A DNA stretch of 39,931 nt from Minisyncoccota bacterium (GCA_035583565.1 DATEUR010000036.1:1-39931); one strand, 5' to 3'; positions 21,679-31,161 are shown, counted from the first letter of the stretch. Made by a program: numbers and translations. The notes: a model not told the origin generated them from the sequence alone.

Positions 21679-23856
21679 ATGAAAACAAAAGAATATTCTT
21701 TGGAAGTGGGCGGCCGCAAGGTGACCGCCACCTTCTCCGACCTCGCCGATCAGGCGCATGGTTCGGTCTTATTAAAATATGGCGAAACCGTTGTTTTAGC
21801 GACGGCTTGTATGTCCAAAGAAAGAGAAGTGGGCCGGGGCTTTTTCAATTTGACGGTTGACTACGTTGAGCGCTTTTATGCCGCCGGCGAGATTTTAGGT
21901 AGCCGTTTTATGCGCCGCGAAGGAAGACCAAGCGACGACGCGGTTTTGGCCTCCCGAATTATTGACCGGACGATTCGCCCGCTTTTTAACCGCCATTTCA
22001 AACACGCGGTGCAAGTGATTGTGACCGTCCTTTCGGTCGGCGATGCCGATCCGGCCGTTCTTGCCATCAACGCCGCTTCGCTCGCGCTTGCCACATCGCA
22101 AATCCCTTGGGGCGGCCCGGTCGGGGCAGTGCAGATAACTAAAACGCTGACAAGCGAGATCAAAATTAATCTGCCGCAAAAAAGAGAAATTCCACCCGAT
22201 GACGTAAAAGTCAAATACAACTTGATCACTTGCGGCAAAGAAAATAAAATAACGATGATCGAGGCTTCAGCCACGGAAGCAAAAGAAGAGGAAATCGAAG
22301 AAGGTCTCCAAACCGCTCTTCTCGAAATTAGCAAACTGGAAAATTGGCAGAAGAAAATAACTGCGGAAATCGGTGTTGCCAAACACCCAGTAGAAAAAAT
22401 TGAATTGCCGCCAGTAAGCAAAGAGCTTTACGATAAACACATTGCTCCGCGCCTTGCCGCGGCTGTTTTTTCCGGCGCCGGTAAAAAGGAGCTTGCCGCC
22501 CTCCATTCCGAATGGAACGAGATGGTAAAAAAAACCCATCCGGACCGCGTCGATTTCGCGACCGAAGATGATCACTTCGACGAGGCGGTCAATGCTGTTT
22601 TACATGAAAAAGCGGTAAAAGAAGGAAAGCGGCCGGATGGCCGAGCTATGACCGAGCTCCGCTCTCTTTTTGCCAAAGCCGGCGGATTTTCCGAAATCAC
22701 TCATGGTGTCGGAATTTTTTACCGCGGCGGCACGCACGTTCTTTCCGTCCTGACGCTTGCCGGCCCTGAAGGCGCCCATATTATTGAAGGCATGGAAACA
22801 AAAGCCAAGAAACGCTTCATGCATCATTATAATTTCCCGCCTTATTCCGTCGGCGAACTCGGCCGAGGAACTTTCGTTGGCCGTCGAGAAATAGGCCACG
22901 GCGCGCTCGCCGAAAAATCTTTTTACGCCGTCCTGCCCGATCAAATTAAATTTCCTTACACTATTCGGGTCGTTTCGGAAGCGCTCGCGTCAAACGGTTC
23001 ATCTTCGATGGGCTCGGTTTGCGGCACAACTCTTGCTCTTATGGACGGCGGCGTACCAATCACTCGACCAGTTGTCGGTATCGCAATGGGTCTCATGTAT
23101 GAAAACGAAAAAAATTACAAAGTGCTGACCGACATCCAAGGACCGGAGGATCATCACGGCGACATGGATTTCAAAATCGCCGCGACAGAGGTCGGCGTGA
23201 CGGCGCTCCAGCTTGATATCAAACTCGACGGCGTTTCAGTGCCAATTTTGATCGAAGCTCTGAAGCAATCCCGCGCCGCTCACGGAGAAATTCTTAAAGT
23301 CATCACGGCCACAATCGCGGCGCCTCGGCCGGAACTCGCCAAAACCGCGCCTCGGGTTCTTTCCACCAAAATCAATAAAGATATGATTGGTATGGTCATC
23401 GGCTCCGGCGGCAAAACAATTAACGCCATCCGTGATGAAACTGGCGCGGAAATCACCATTGAAGAAGACGGCACGATTTTTGTTTCCGGGAAAAACGGTG
23501 GCGCCGAGCGAGCGCTCCAAATTATTGAGGAAATGACCCATGAATATAAAATCGGGGAAAAAGTCATCGGCGAAGTTGTTAACATCACAGATTTCGGAGC
23601 TTTTGTAAAATTAAACCAAGCCACAGAGGGCTTGGTGCATATTTCAGAAATCGCTCCTTTTCGAGTCGGCAGTGTCGGGAGTGTCCTCAAAGTAGGCGAC
23701 AAAGTGCCTGTTATTGTTATTCCGGGTGAACCGGGGAAAGTTAAGCTCTCCATTAAACAAGTCGACCCGACTTTTATAAAAGAAACCGATGAATCAAAAC
23801 AACAACCAAAACAAGGAGGTTTTGCCAAAAGGCCCGAACGCAGGGGGCGCTGGTAA
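21679..23856 (+). CDS. pnp: polyribonucleotide nucleotidyltransferase (PNPase)
   Basis: 725 aa with two RNase PH domains, KH (GMVIGSGGKTINAIR), S1 (GEVVNITDFGAFVKL) and a basic tail. Confidence 0.95.
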   Translation: MKTKEYSLEVGGRKVTATFSDLADQAHGSVLLKYGETVVLATACMSKEREVGRGFFNLTVDYVERFYAAGEILGSRFMRREGRPSDDAVLASRIIDRTIRPLFNRHFKHAVQVIVTVLSVGDADPAVLAINAASLALATSQIPWGGPVGAVQITKTLTSEIKINLPQKREIPPDDVKVKYNLITCGKENKITMIEASATEAKEEEIEEGLQTALLEISKLENWQKKITAEIGVAKHPVEKIELPPVSKELYDKHIAPRLAAAVFSGAGKKELAALHSEWNEMVKKTHPDRVDFATEDDHFDEAVNAVLHEKAVKEGKRPDGRAMTELRSLFAKAGGFSEITHGVGIFYRGGTHVLSVLTLAGPEGAHIIEGMETKAKKRFMHHYNFPPYSVGELGRGTFVGRREIGHGALAEKSFYAVLPDQIKFPYTIRVVSEALASNGSSSMGSVCGTTLALMDGGVPITRPVVGIAMGLMYENEKNYKVLTDIQGPEDHHGDMDFKIAATEVGVTALQLDIKLDGVSVPILIEALKQSRAAHGEILKVITATIAAPRPELAKTAPRVLSTKINKDMIGMVIGSGGKTINAIRDETGAEITIEEDGTIFVSGKNGGAERALQIIEEMTHEYKIGEKVIGEVVNITDFGAFVKLNQATEGLVHISEIAPFRVGSVGSVLKVGDKVPVIVIPGEPGKVKLSIKQVDPTFIKETDESKQQPKQGGFAKRPERRGRW

Positions 23857-24655
23857 AATCCTTCACACTTATGCTTCGGATTTAGCCGAGACAATGAAAG
23901 AATCGGGCAGCCGAGGAGCTTTTGTCAAAGAAGCCATTACCGAGTCTCGCGAAAGAGAAAAAATAGCCGAGGAGAAATTTCCTTATTCGCCGAAAAATAT
24001 TGCCTTTACTATCGGCGGTATTGTTTTACTTATCGCCGGCATTATTGGCATTGTCTTGTCTTTTCGAAAACCCGTCTCGCCGCCACCGCCACCGACTATT
24101 TTGCCAATCATAATAAGCGACAATAAAATAATTCTCCCGATTATCGACTTTGATCGAGAAAAAGTTATCGCTGCCCTTATCAAAGAAAAAGGGAAGCAGC
24201 TCGGGAGCGGCGCGATCGAAACATTTACTTTGACAAAAAATGGCGGGCTGATTAATAAGAGAGATTTTTTCTCCCTCTTTGCGCCAAACGCGCCCCGCCT
24301 CGCGGCTTTTACCAGTGATTATCTGCTTGGCCAATATGGCGATACGCCAAACAAATTTTTTATTTTACTAAAAACAGATCAGTCTTATGATTTCCGCCTT
24401 GCTTTGCAATCCTGGGAGGAAAAGATGACGGATGATCTTTATCCGCTTTTTGGCATCACGCCGACCTTGCCGCTTCTCCAACTTCGTTTTACTGACGATT
24501 TTATCTTAAACCATCCGGCCCGCGTCGTAAAAACAAACGAGGAGTTGGTCCTTGGTTATTTGTATTTGGATGACGGAACAATTGCTGTCGCCAATGATTT
24601 GGCCGTTTTTACGGAACTTGACCAGCGGTTCTTCCAGCAGAAAATCAGAAAATGA
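23789..24655 (+). CDS. single-TM hypothetical protein
   Basis: 288 aa with N-terminal ...ILHTYASDLAE..., then a TM helix (IAFTIGGIVLLIAGIIGIVLSF) and an extracytoplasmic domain. The ATG at 23789 overlaps the pnp 3' end by 68 nt, so the start is uncertain. Confidence 0.6.
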   Translation: MNQNNNQNKEVLPKGPNAGGAGKILHTYASDLAETMKESGSRGAFVKEAITESREREKIAEEKFPYSPKNIAFTIGGIVLLIAGIIGIVLSFRKPVSPPPPPTILPIIISDNKIILPIIDFDREKVIAALIKEKGKQLGSGAIETFTLTKNGGLINKRDFFSLFAPNAPRLAAFTSDYLLGQYGDTPNKFFILLKTDQSYDFRLALQSWEEKMTDDLYPLFGITPTLPLLQLRFTDDFILNHPARVVKTNEELVLGYLYLDDGTIAVANDLAVFTELDQRFFQQKIRK

Positions 24656-24696
24656 GAGCGAAGGAACATATCTCGCAAGGCACGGATAATTTTCTA

Positions 24697-24705
24697 TGGT
24701 AATAT
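24697..24705 (+). promoter_or_regulatory. extended -10 box 6 nt upstream of the ATG (leaderless geometry)
   Basis: TGgTAATAT then ggattt ATG (24712). Confidence 0.4.
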
Positions 24706-24711
24706 GGATTT

Positions 24712-25095
24712 ATGGATTTAAAAGAAATCAAAAACAAATTAGTGGCCGAGAAAAAATTAGTTGAGGAGGAATTAGCCAGTCTTGGTATTTTTGACAAAGA
24801 AAAAAAAGACTGGGGAGCGCAAAGCGTGCCGGCGGAAACCGCCGACCGAGCTGACGACAACACGGCCGCTGATTATTCAGAGGAGTACGCGGAAAAAGTA
24901 GCCACCGTCGAAATTCTTGAGTTTCGTTTAAAGGACATTAATGACGCTCTCAAAAGACTGGCCAATGACAATTACGGCAAATGTTTTGTTTGCGGCGAGT
25001 CAATCGAAGAAAAACGCCTCCTGGCCAATCCGGCCGCCAAAACCTGCATTAAACATAAAGAAGAACTCAAACCGGAGCACATCACTAATCCGTAA
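24712..25095 (+). CDS. DksA/TraR-family C4 zinc-finger protein
   Basis: 127 aa with a coiled-coil N-half and CFVCGESIEEKRLLANPAAKTCIKHK. Confidence 0.8.
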   Translation: MDLKEIKNKLVAEKKLVEEELASLGIFDKEKKDWGAQSVPAETADRADDNTAADYSEEYAEKVATVEILEFRLKDINDALKRLANDNYGKCFVCGESIEEKRLLANPAAKTCIKHKEELKPEHITNP

Positions 25096-25141
25096 ATCCT
25101 TTCCCAAAAATGTTTTGGAATAATTGGTTTATAATAAAGAT

Positions 25142-26668
25142 ATGTCATTCGCGAGAGTCTCCGCTGCCCAGCCCTATTTAACGGAAGGCCGCCTCGTCAC
25201 CGTTGAGGTGGATATTTTTCGCAATTCCCTCCACAACTTTTCGATTGTTGGCTTGCCGGAAAGGGCGGTCGACGAAGCAAAGTACCGGGTTTCATCGGCA
25301 ATCAAAAATTCCGGACTGCCTTCGCCCAAAAGCAAAAACCAAAAAACTGTTGTTTCTCTTTCGCCAGCTGATCTGAAAAAAGAAGGATCATATTTCGATT
25401 TGGCGATTTCTCTCGCGTATCTCTTGGCCGACGAGAGTTTGAAGTTCGATCCCAAAGACAAACTATTTCTTGGCGAGCTTAGTTTAAATGGCGATCTGCA
25501 ATCGATTAAGGGCATCCTGCCGCTTGTGATGCTAGCTAAAACAAGGGGCTTTACGGAAGTTTTTGTGCCGGCATCGAACGGCCAGGAAGCGGCGCTGGTA
25601 AAAGATATTAAAATTTTTGCTTGTCAAAAATTAAGTGAAGTTATCGAACATTTCAGCGGTGAAAAAGCGCTTCTGCCTCTGCCGCCAACTGAAATTAGCT
25701 TTGAAAAAGAAAAACCAGACTTTGATTTTTCCGACATTCGCGGCCAAGAAACGGCCAAGCGGGGTCTCGCTCTGGCGGCGGCCGGCGGCCACAATATGCT
25801 CCTGGTCGGCCCGCCGGGCACCGGCAAAACTCTGCTTGCCCGAGCTTTTTCCGGCATCCTCCCGCCGCTTGATTTTGAGAGCACGCTTGAGGTGACGGGC
25901 ATCCACTCGGTGGCCGGCGTTTTAAAAAACAATTTGATCACCCGGCCACCAATCCGCGCGCCACACCACCGCGCGAGCGCGGTATCGCTTATCGGTGGCG
26001 GGGTCGTGCCGAAACCCGGCGAAATCACTCTTGCTCATCGCGGCGTACTTTTCTTGGACGAATTTCCGGAATTTAGTCGCGATGTTTTGGAAGCCCTCCG
26101 GGAGCCGCTCGAGGAAAAGAAGATTTCGGTCTCAAGAGCCAATGGTCGCGCTGTTTTCCCGGCCAATTTTATTTTAATCGCCGCAATGAACCCTTGTCCT
26201 TGCGGCTTTTTCGGCACTGCAAAAAATTGTGTTTGCGCGCCAATGGATCTCGTTCGCTATCAGAAGAAAGTTTCGGGGCCAATTCTTGACCGGATTGATC
26301 TTGTCATCAATGTTGAAAATATTGATCATGAAAAGCTGGCGGGGGAAAAGCAAAGAGACGAAACTCTGCCGGAAAAAATAAAAGCCGCGAGGGAGAAGCA
26401 GCGGGAGCGTTTCCGTAAACTCAATTTGGATTCTTTAAAAACAAACAGCGACATCACCGCCAAGGAAATTGATTCGGTAATTGAATTATCAAAAGGAGTC
26501 CGCGGCCTTCTAAATGAAAGTGCTCGCAAATTCGATCTGTCGCCGCGCAGTTATCACCGCGTCCTGAAGCTGACTCGCACTATTGCTGATTTTGAAGGAA
26601 GTGAAAATATCAGCGAATCGCATCTTCTTGAAGCGCTTCAATATCGGCCGAAATACAACTTTTTATGA
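25142..26668 (+). CDS. comM: YifB/ComM-family Mg-chelatase-like AAA+ ATPase
   Basis: Starts MSFARVSAAQ. Lon-protease-like N-domain, Walker A GPPGTGKT, Walker B LFLDEFPEF, Cys cluster CPCGFFG...CVC. TATAAT (25130-25135) lies 6 nt before the ATG. Confidence 0.9.
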   Translation: MSFARVSAAQPYLTEGRLVTVEVDIFRNSLHNFSIVGLPERAVDEAKYRVSSAIKNSGLPSPKSKNQKTVVSLSPADLKKEGSYFDLAISLAYLLADESLKFDPKDKLFLGELSLNGDLQSIKGILPLVMLAKTRGFTEVFVPASNGQEAALVKDIKIFACQKLSEVIEHFSGEKALLPLPPTEISFEKEKPDFDFSDIRGQETAKRGLALAAAGGHNMLLVGPPGTGKTLLARAFSGILPPLDFESTLEVTGIHSVAGVLKNNLITRPPIRAPHHRASAVSLIGGGVVPKPGEITLAHRGVLFLDEFPEFSRDVLEALREPLEEKKISVSRANGRAVFPANFILIAAMNPCPCGFFGTAKNCVCAPMDLVRYQKKVSGPILDRIDLVINVENIDHEKLAGEKQRDETLPEKIKAAREKQRERFRKLNLDSLKTNSDITAKEIDSVIELSKGVRGLLNESARKFDLSPRSYHRVLKLTRTIADFEGSENISESHLLEALQYRPKYNFL

Positions 26669-26694
26669 TATATTAAGAAATATATCAATCACTT

Positions 26695-26877
26695 ATGGAT
26701 AAATCGCAACCAGAAAATTTGGAGACCGAAAGACTTGAAATTGCTAAAAAATACAAAGTAGCCGACCCGAATTTGCTTCTGAAAAAAGAAGGTCGCTGGT
26801 ACTTTAAAGAATTGCCGGTTGAAGATTGGGATCGGCTCTACAGCAAGGATGAAAAGGAGGAGTACTGGAAAAGATAA
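26695..26877 (+). CDS. small charged hypothetical protein
   Basis: 60-aa ORF, Lys/Glu/Trp-rich, followed directly by a terminator. No recognisable family. Confidence 0.4.
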   Translation: MDKSQPENLETERLEIAKKYKVADPNLLLKKEGRWYFKELPVEDWDRLYSKDEKEEYWKR

Positions 26878-26880
26878 CTA

Positions 26881-26908
26881 AAAAACACCTTCTTCTGAAG
26901 GTGTTTTA
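26881..26908. terminator. bidirectional terminator hairpin
   Basis: AAAACACCTTC / ttct / GAAGGTGTTTT between convergent genes. Confidence 0.65.
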
Positions 26909-28147
26909 ATAAAGTTCCGAGAGAATCGGCCGGGCGGCGGCACCGCGGATTTCGAAGTGAAGGTGAGGCCCGGTAGAACGGCCGGTGGAGCCAGTAAGAC
27001 CAATTGTCTGGCCTTGATCAACTCGCTCACCGACGCCGACAATCGCTTTGGAAAGGTGGGCGTAGAGGGTTTGGGTCCCGTTGTCGTGAGCAATAATAAT
27101 CATTTTGCCGTAACCGCCATTCCAGCCGGCGTCTTTCGAACGAATCACTTTTCCGGCGGCGGCCGCAAGAAGAGGGGTGCCGGTCGAGGCGGCAATATCG
27201 ATGCCGTTATACGGGCCGTGAAAACCTTGGGATTTTCGCCATTTTGAATTCGGGCCAACTGGCCGAATATAATAGCTTGCGGCCACTGATTTGAGGGGGT
27301 TTTTGTTTTTAACGATTGGTTTTTTGGAGGTGACTGATTTGACTTCGCCGTCCGGAATGATAAGGAATTCTCCGGGGATCAATTTTTCCTCAAGACCAAG
27401 ACCGTTGAAACGGCGGATTTCAGAAACATCGCCATCGAATTTCTTGGCGATACTCTCAAGGGTGTCGCCTTTTTTAATTTCATATTGAACGCCAGTGATT
27501 GGCAAAATAATCAGGGTGTCGCCGACTTTGAGCTTGCTGCTATCGAGATCATTCGCCCAAATAATGGTATTTGTGGAAACATCATACATTTTGGCGATCG
27601 CCGCCAGCGTGTCGCCTTCGCGGACAACATAAAGACTGATTTGTCCGTCGGAAAAATCTTCTTCGCCAAGATCGGCGGCCGTACCCATTGGCCCGATGAC
27701 AGGCACCAAAGAGCCGTCGGTTTCAACGGCCAAAGTGTTGTCGCTTGTTTCGCCTGCGATCGGAGAAGAAAAACCTTCAAGAATCGGCAAGGTTTGGGTA
27801 TTTGGCTTATTAAGCCCGTCGTCAGTTTGGGCCTCGGCTTGCTTGGCAAAAGACAAAAAGCCGGCTTCCGCTCGGTGGACGGGTAAAATAAGGAAAAGAA
27901 ATAGAGGCGCGAGTATTGAAAACGCCAAAAATAAAGGTTTTTCTGGGGCCTGTTTTGAGGTAGGCCCTCGTTTTGTTTTGAGTAAAATAAGCCTAATTTG
28001 ATTTCGTTTGGTCTCTGTTTTTCGGCAAAAAGTGCCTTTTAGAGGGGAACCAAACGAAGTTACGGATTTGCTGTCAATCCGGAAAAGCCAGTATTTCCAA
28101 GGCTTTTTCGGAAAATCTGCCGTTTCAGTCAGCTGTAAGGATAACAA
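26906..28147 (-). CDS. M23-family peptidoglycan endopeptidase with two LysM domains
   Basis: 413 aa with a TM helix (PLFLAFSILAPLFLFLILPV). LysM repeats (YVVREGDTLAAIAKMY..., YEIKKGDTLESIAKKF...). M23 motifs HGPYNGIDIA and GPHLHFEI. The first ~60 aa are atypical and the start is uncertain. Confidence 0.85.
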   Translation of the reverse strand: MLSLQLTETADFPKKPWKYWLFRIDSKSVTSFGSPLKGTFCRKTETKRNQIRLILLKTKRGPTSKQAPEKPLFLAFSILAPLFLFLILPVHRAEAGFLSFAKQAEAQTDDGLNKPNTQTLPILEGFSSPIAGETSDNTLAVETDGSLVPVIGPMGTAADLGEEDFSDGQISLYVVREGDTLAAIAKMYDVSTNTIIWANDLDSSKLKVGDTLIILPITGVQYEIKKGDTLESIAKKFDGDVSEIRRFNGLGLEEKLIPGEFLIIPDGEVKSVTSKKPIVKNKNPLKSVAASYYIRPVGPNSKWRKSQGFHGPYNGIDIAASTGTPLLAAAAGKVIRSKDAGWNGGYGKMIIIAHDNGTQTLYAHLSKAIVGVGERVDQGQTIGLTGSTGRSTGPHLHFEIRGAAARPILSELY

Positions 28148-28182
28148 AAAGTCGGCCTTCGGTCAATCTGGTTTCCCCACAA

Positions 28183-28234
28183 GGTCAGGGTACCTTTGGG
28201 TCAGGTACCCTTTCTCAGAGAAAAGGTACCTGAC
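28183..28234. promoter_or_regulatory. GGTACC-centred direct and inverted repeats in the divergent M23 / helicase control region
   Basis: GGTCAGGGTACCTTT (28183-28197), GGTCAGGTACCCTTT (28199-28213) and the inverted copy AAAAGGTACCTGAC (28221-28234). Confidence 0.6.
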
Positions 28235-28291
28235 TCCTGATTCGCAAAGCGGGATCTTTTAGAGTAAAATTAAGTCCTAAAGATTCAAAAT

Positions 28292-30175
28292 ATGGACTAT
28301 TTAAAGGGTTTAAACGAGGAACAGCAAAAGGCGGTCCGGTACATTGATGGACCGCTTTTAATTGTAGCCGGCGCGGGGACTGGTAAAACGAAGACTTTGA
28401 CCGCCCGTATTAGACATTTGATTGAATCCGGTGTCAATCCTAAAGCGATTCTCGCCATCACTTTTACAAACAAGGCCGCCGGCGAAATGCGTCTGCGGCT
28501 CGATCCTTTCCTTGAGGGCTTTTCTGAACGGCCGTTTATCGGCACTTTTCACTCGCTTGGCGTCAAAATTCTGCGGGAGCAGGCTCACGCCGCCGGCCTT
28601 ATTCAAAATTTTGCCATTCTTGATGAAGAAGACGCCCTCGCTATCTTGAAAGACGCTCTTCGCGAAGCTGGTTTTGATCCGAAGCAAATCGAACCGAAAA
28701 AAATCAAATCAGTCATCTCCTGGCAGAAAAATCATTTCGTTTCCAGAGAAGATTTTGCGAGCCGAGCCGAGGAGTTTCTTGACGAAGTTGCCGTAAAAGT
28801 TTGGGAAAGATATGAGGCCAAATTAAAAAAAGAAAGAGCGGTTGATTTTGACGACCTTTTAATCCGGGCAACAAAACTTCTGGCGGAAGAAAAGGTAATC
28901 CGCGATCACTACGCAAATTCTTTCCAGTATATTAACGTCGACGAATATCAGGACACCAATGTCGTGCAGGACAAATTAATCAGGCTGCTTTCCCCGCATG
29001 GGCGGGTGGCCGTTGTCGGCGATCCTGATCAAGGGATTTATTCCTGGCGCGGCGCCAATATCGTTAATATTTTAAATTTTGAGAAAAATTTTCCCGGGGC
29101 GAAAATAATTTTTTTAGAGGAAAATTACCGCTCGACTAAAATAATTCTTGAGGCCGCCAATAAAGTCATAAAGAAAAATGTTTGGCGGCAAGATAAAAAT
29201 CTCTTTACCCGAAGCAAACTTGGGGAACCGATTACGCTTTTCGAGGCGTTTGATGAAAAAGAGGAAGCAAATTTTATTGTCCGGAAAATTTCGGAGTTAA
29301 AGCCAAATCTTAGCGAGGTGGCGGTGCTTTACCGGACTAATTGGCAATCGCGGATACTTGAAGAAACGATGCTCCGGGAAAATATTCCTTACGAAGTCAT
29401 TGGGGTTAAATTTTTCGCGAGAAAAGAAATTAAGGATGTTCTTTCTTTTATCCGCGCGGCCATTAATCCGGAGAGCTTGAATGACATCAAACGGATCATT
29501 AATTTGCCGCCGCGGGGCATTGGGAAAGTCACGCTTCTTAAAATTTTTGCCGGCAAAATAAACGAATTACCCGCAAAAATGCAGGAGAAAATAAAGATTT
29601 TTTACGAATTACTGGCGGAAATTAAGCGCTTCTCGGAAAATCACGCCCCGGCGAACACAATAAAATTCATCATCAAAGAAAGCGGTCTTGAGAAATGGCT
29701 TTCAGAGGGAAATGACGAGGATTTGGAGCGTTTGGCGAATATGAAAGAATTGGTGAGTTTGGCGAAAAAATACGACTTTTTAGGCGGGGAAGTGGGTATT
29801 TTAAAACTTCTTGAAGACGCCGCGCTCTCTGTCTCTGAAGAAACGAGTGAAGAAAATAAAAACGGCATAAAATTAATGACTGTTCACGCCGCCAAAGGGC
29901 TTGAATTTGACACGGTTTTCGTTACCGGCCTTGAAGAAAATTTATTTCCTCACAAGCGCCGAGAAGAATCGACTGATCTTGAGGAGGAGCGCCGACTTTT
30001 TTATGTCGCCATTACTCGCGCTCGCGAACGTCTTTTTCTTTCTTTTGCCGATTACCGGACAATTTTTGGCGGCCGGCTGGCCGGCTACCCTTCAGAATTT
30101 TTGGCCGATCTGCCGCCGGAAAATTTGGTTTTGGAGAAGGGCGAGTATTTAAAAAATATTTCTTATGATGAATAA
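28292..30175 (+). CDS. UvrD/PcrA/Rep-family SF1 DNA helicase
   Basis: 627 aa with Walker A GAGTGKTKTL, DEYQDTN, GDPDQGIYSWRGA, YRS, TVHAAKGLEFD and LFYVAITRA. Confidence 0.9.
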   Translation: MDYLKGLNEEQQKAVRYIDGPLLIVAGAGTGKTKTLTARIRHLIESGVNPKAILAITFTNKAAGEMRLRLDPFLEGFSERPFIGTFHSLGVKILREQAHAAGLIQNFAILDEEDALAILKDALREAGFDPKQIEPKKIKSVISWQKNHFVSREDFASRAEEFLDEVAVKVWERYEAKLKKERAVDFDDLLIRATKLLAEEKVIRDHYANSFQYINVDEYQDTNVVQDKLIRLLSPHGRVAVVGDPDQGIYSWRGANIVNILNFEKNFPGAKIIFLEENYRSTKIILEAANKVIKKNVWRQDKNLFTRSKLGEPITLFEAFDEKEEANFIVRKISELKPNLSEVAVLYRTNWQSRILEETMLRENIPYEVIGVKFFARKEIKDVLSFIRAAINPESLNDIKRIINLPPRGIGKVTLLKIFAGKINELPAKMQEKIKIFYELLAEIKRFSENHAPANTIKFIIKESGLEKWLSEGNDEDLERLANMKELVSLAKKYDFLGGEVGILKLLEDAALSVSEETSEENKNGIKLMTVHAAKGLEFDTVFVTGLEENLFPHKRREESTDLEEERRLFYVAITRARERLFLSFADYRTIFGGRLAGYPSEFLADLPPENLVLEKGEYLKNISYDE

Positions 30176-30224
30176 TCAGCTAACAAAAATTATCAAGTTA
30201 ATTTTTGTTAGCTATCCACAATAT

Positions 30225-31148
30225 ATGGAAACAAAAGCGAAAAAATCTCTTGGGCAACACTGGCTTAAAGAAGAAAAATATTTGGACCTAATTGTCGACA
30301 CGGCTGATCCGACCGCGGATGAGATTGTTTTGGAAATCGGGCCGGGCACAGGATTGCTCACTGAAAAACTTCTCAAACTTGCCGGTAAAGTCATTGCCGT
30401 TGAAAAAGACCATGAATTAGTTGACTCGCTTCGAAAAAAGTTTAAAGAAGAAATCAAAAATAGCAAAATCGATATTATAGAAAAAGATATTTTAGATTTT
30501 GATCCCACTTCCTGTTTCTCGTCGTCTCGCGAGTTTCCTCGACCCAAGGGAGCCGAAAGATTGGCCGTCTCACCTCCCCAGCCGTTAGGGAACGGTTCGC
30601 CAGCCAATCCTTCGGCTCTTTCACCGGCTCACAAAAAATCTTCTTATAAAATCGTCGCTAATATTCCTTACTACATCACCGGCGCCATTCTCAAAAAATT
30701 TCTCACGGCCGGCCATCAGCCCGAGAAGATGGTTCTTTTGGTTCAAAAAGAAGTGGCGGAAAGAATTGTCGCCCGCGATGGTAAAGAAAGTATTCTCTCC
30801 ATATCGGTTAAAGTTTACGGTAAGCCGCGGCTCGTTCTCAAAGTGCCGGCCGGCGCCTTCTCGCCGCCGCCAAAAGTTGATTCGGCGATCCTAGAAATTA
30901 AAAATATTTCCAAAAATTTCTTTACCAAGGAAAAAATCGAAGAAAAAGCTTTCTTTCGGGTAGTTCGGGTCGGCTTTTCGAGCAAAAGAAAAACTTTGCT
31001 TAACAATTTAGGCGCGCTTTTCGGCCGAAAGGAGACGCAAATCGGCTTGAAAAACTGCCAAATCGCCGAGAATACTCGAGCGGAAAGACTTACCCTTCCA
31101 AATTGGCTTTGTATCACTAGGGAATTCACAAAAGCCGCTAAGAAATAA
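30225..31148 (+). CDS. rsmA: 16S rRNA (adenine1518/1519-N6)-dimethyltransferase with an internal insert of about 30 aa
   Basis: Starts METKAKKSLGQHWL. SAM motif LEIGPGTGLLT, ANIPYYIT and PPKVDSAIL. Pro/Ser/Gly-rich insert SCFSSSREFPRPKGAERLAVSPPQPLGNGSPANPSALSPAH. The track ORF's upstream extension (30165) is rejected. Confidence 0.9.
   Translation: METKAKKSLGQHWLKEEKYLDLIVDTADPTADEIVLEIGPGTGLLTEKLLKLAGKVIAVEKDHELVDSLRKKFKEEIKNSKIDIIEKDILDFDPTSCFSSSREFPRPKGAERLAVSPPQPLGNGSPANPSALSPAHKKSSYKIVANIPYYITGAILKKFLTAGHQPEKMVLLVQKEVAERIVARDGKESILSISVKVYGKPRLVLKVPAGAFSPPPKVDSAILEIKNISKNFFTKEKIEEKAFFRVVRVGFSSKRKTLLNNLGALFGRKETQIGLKNCQIAENTRAERLTLPNWLCITREFTKAAKK
30550..30618. repeat. 16-nt inverted repeat with a nested hairpin inside the rsmA insert
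   Basis: GAGCCGAAAGATTGGC (30550-30565) and GCCAATCCTTCGGCTC (30603-30618) pair at 15 of 16 positions. Inner hairpin CCGTT aggg AACGG (30582-30595). The segment is G+C-rich within an AT-rich gene. Confidence 0.8.
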
Positions 31149-31161
31149 CAGAAAAGTGGGC

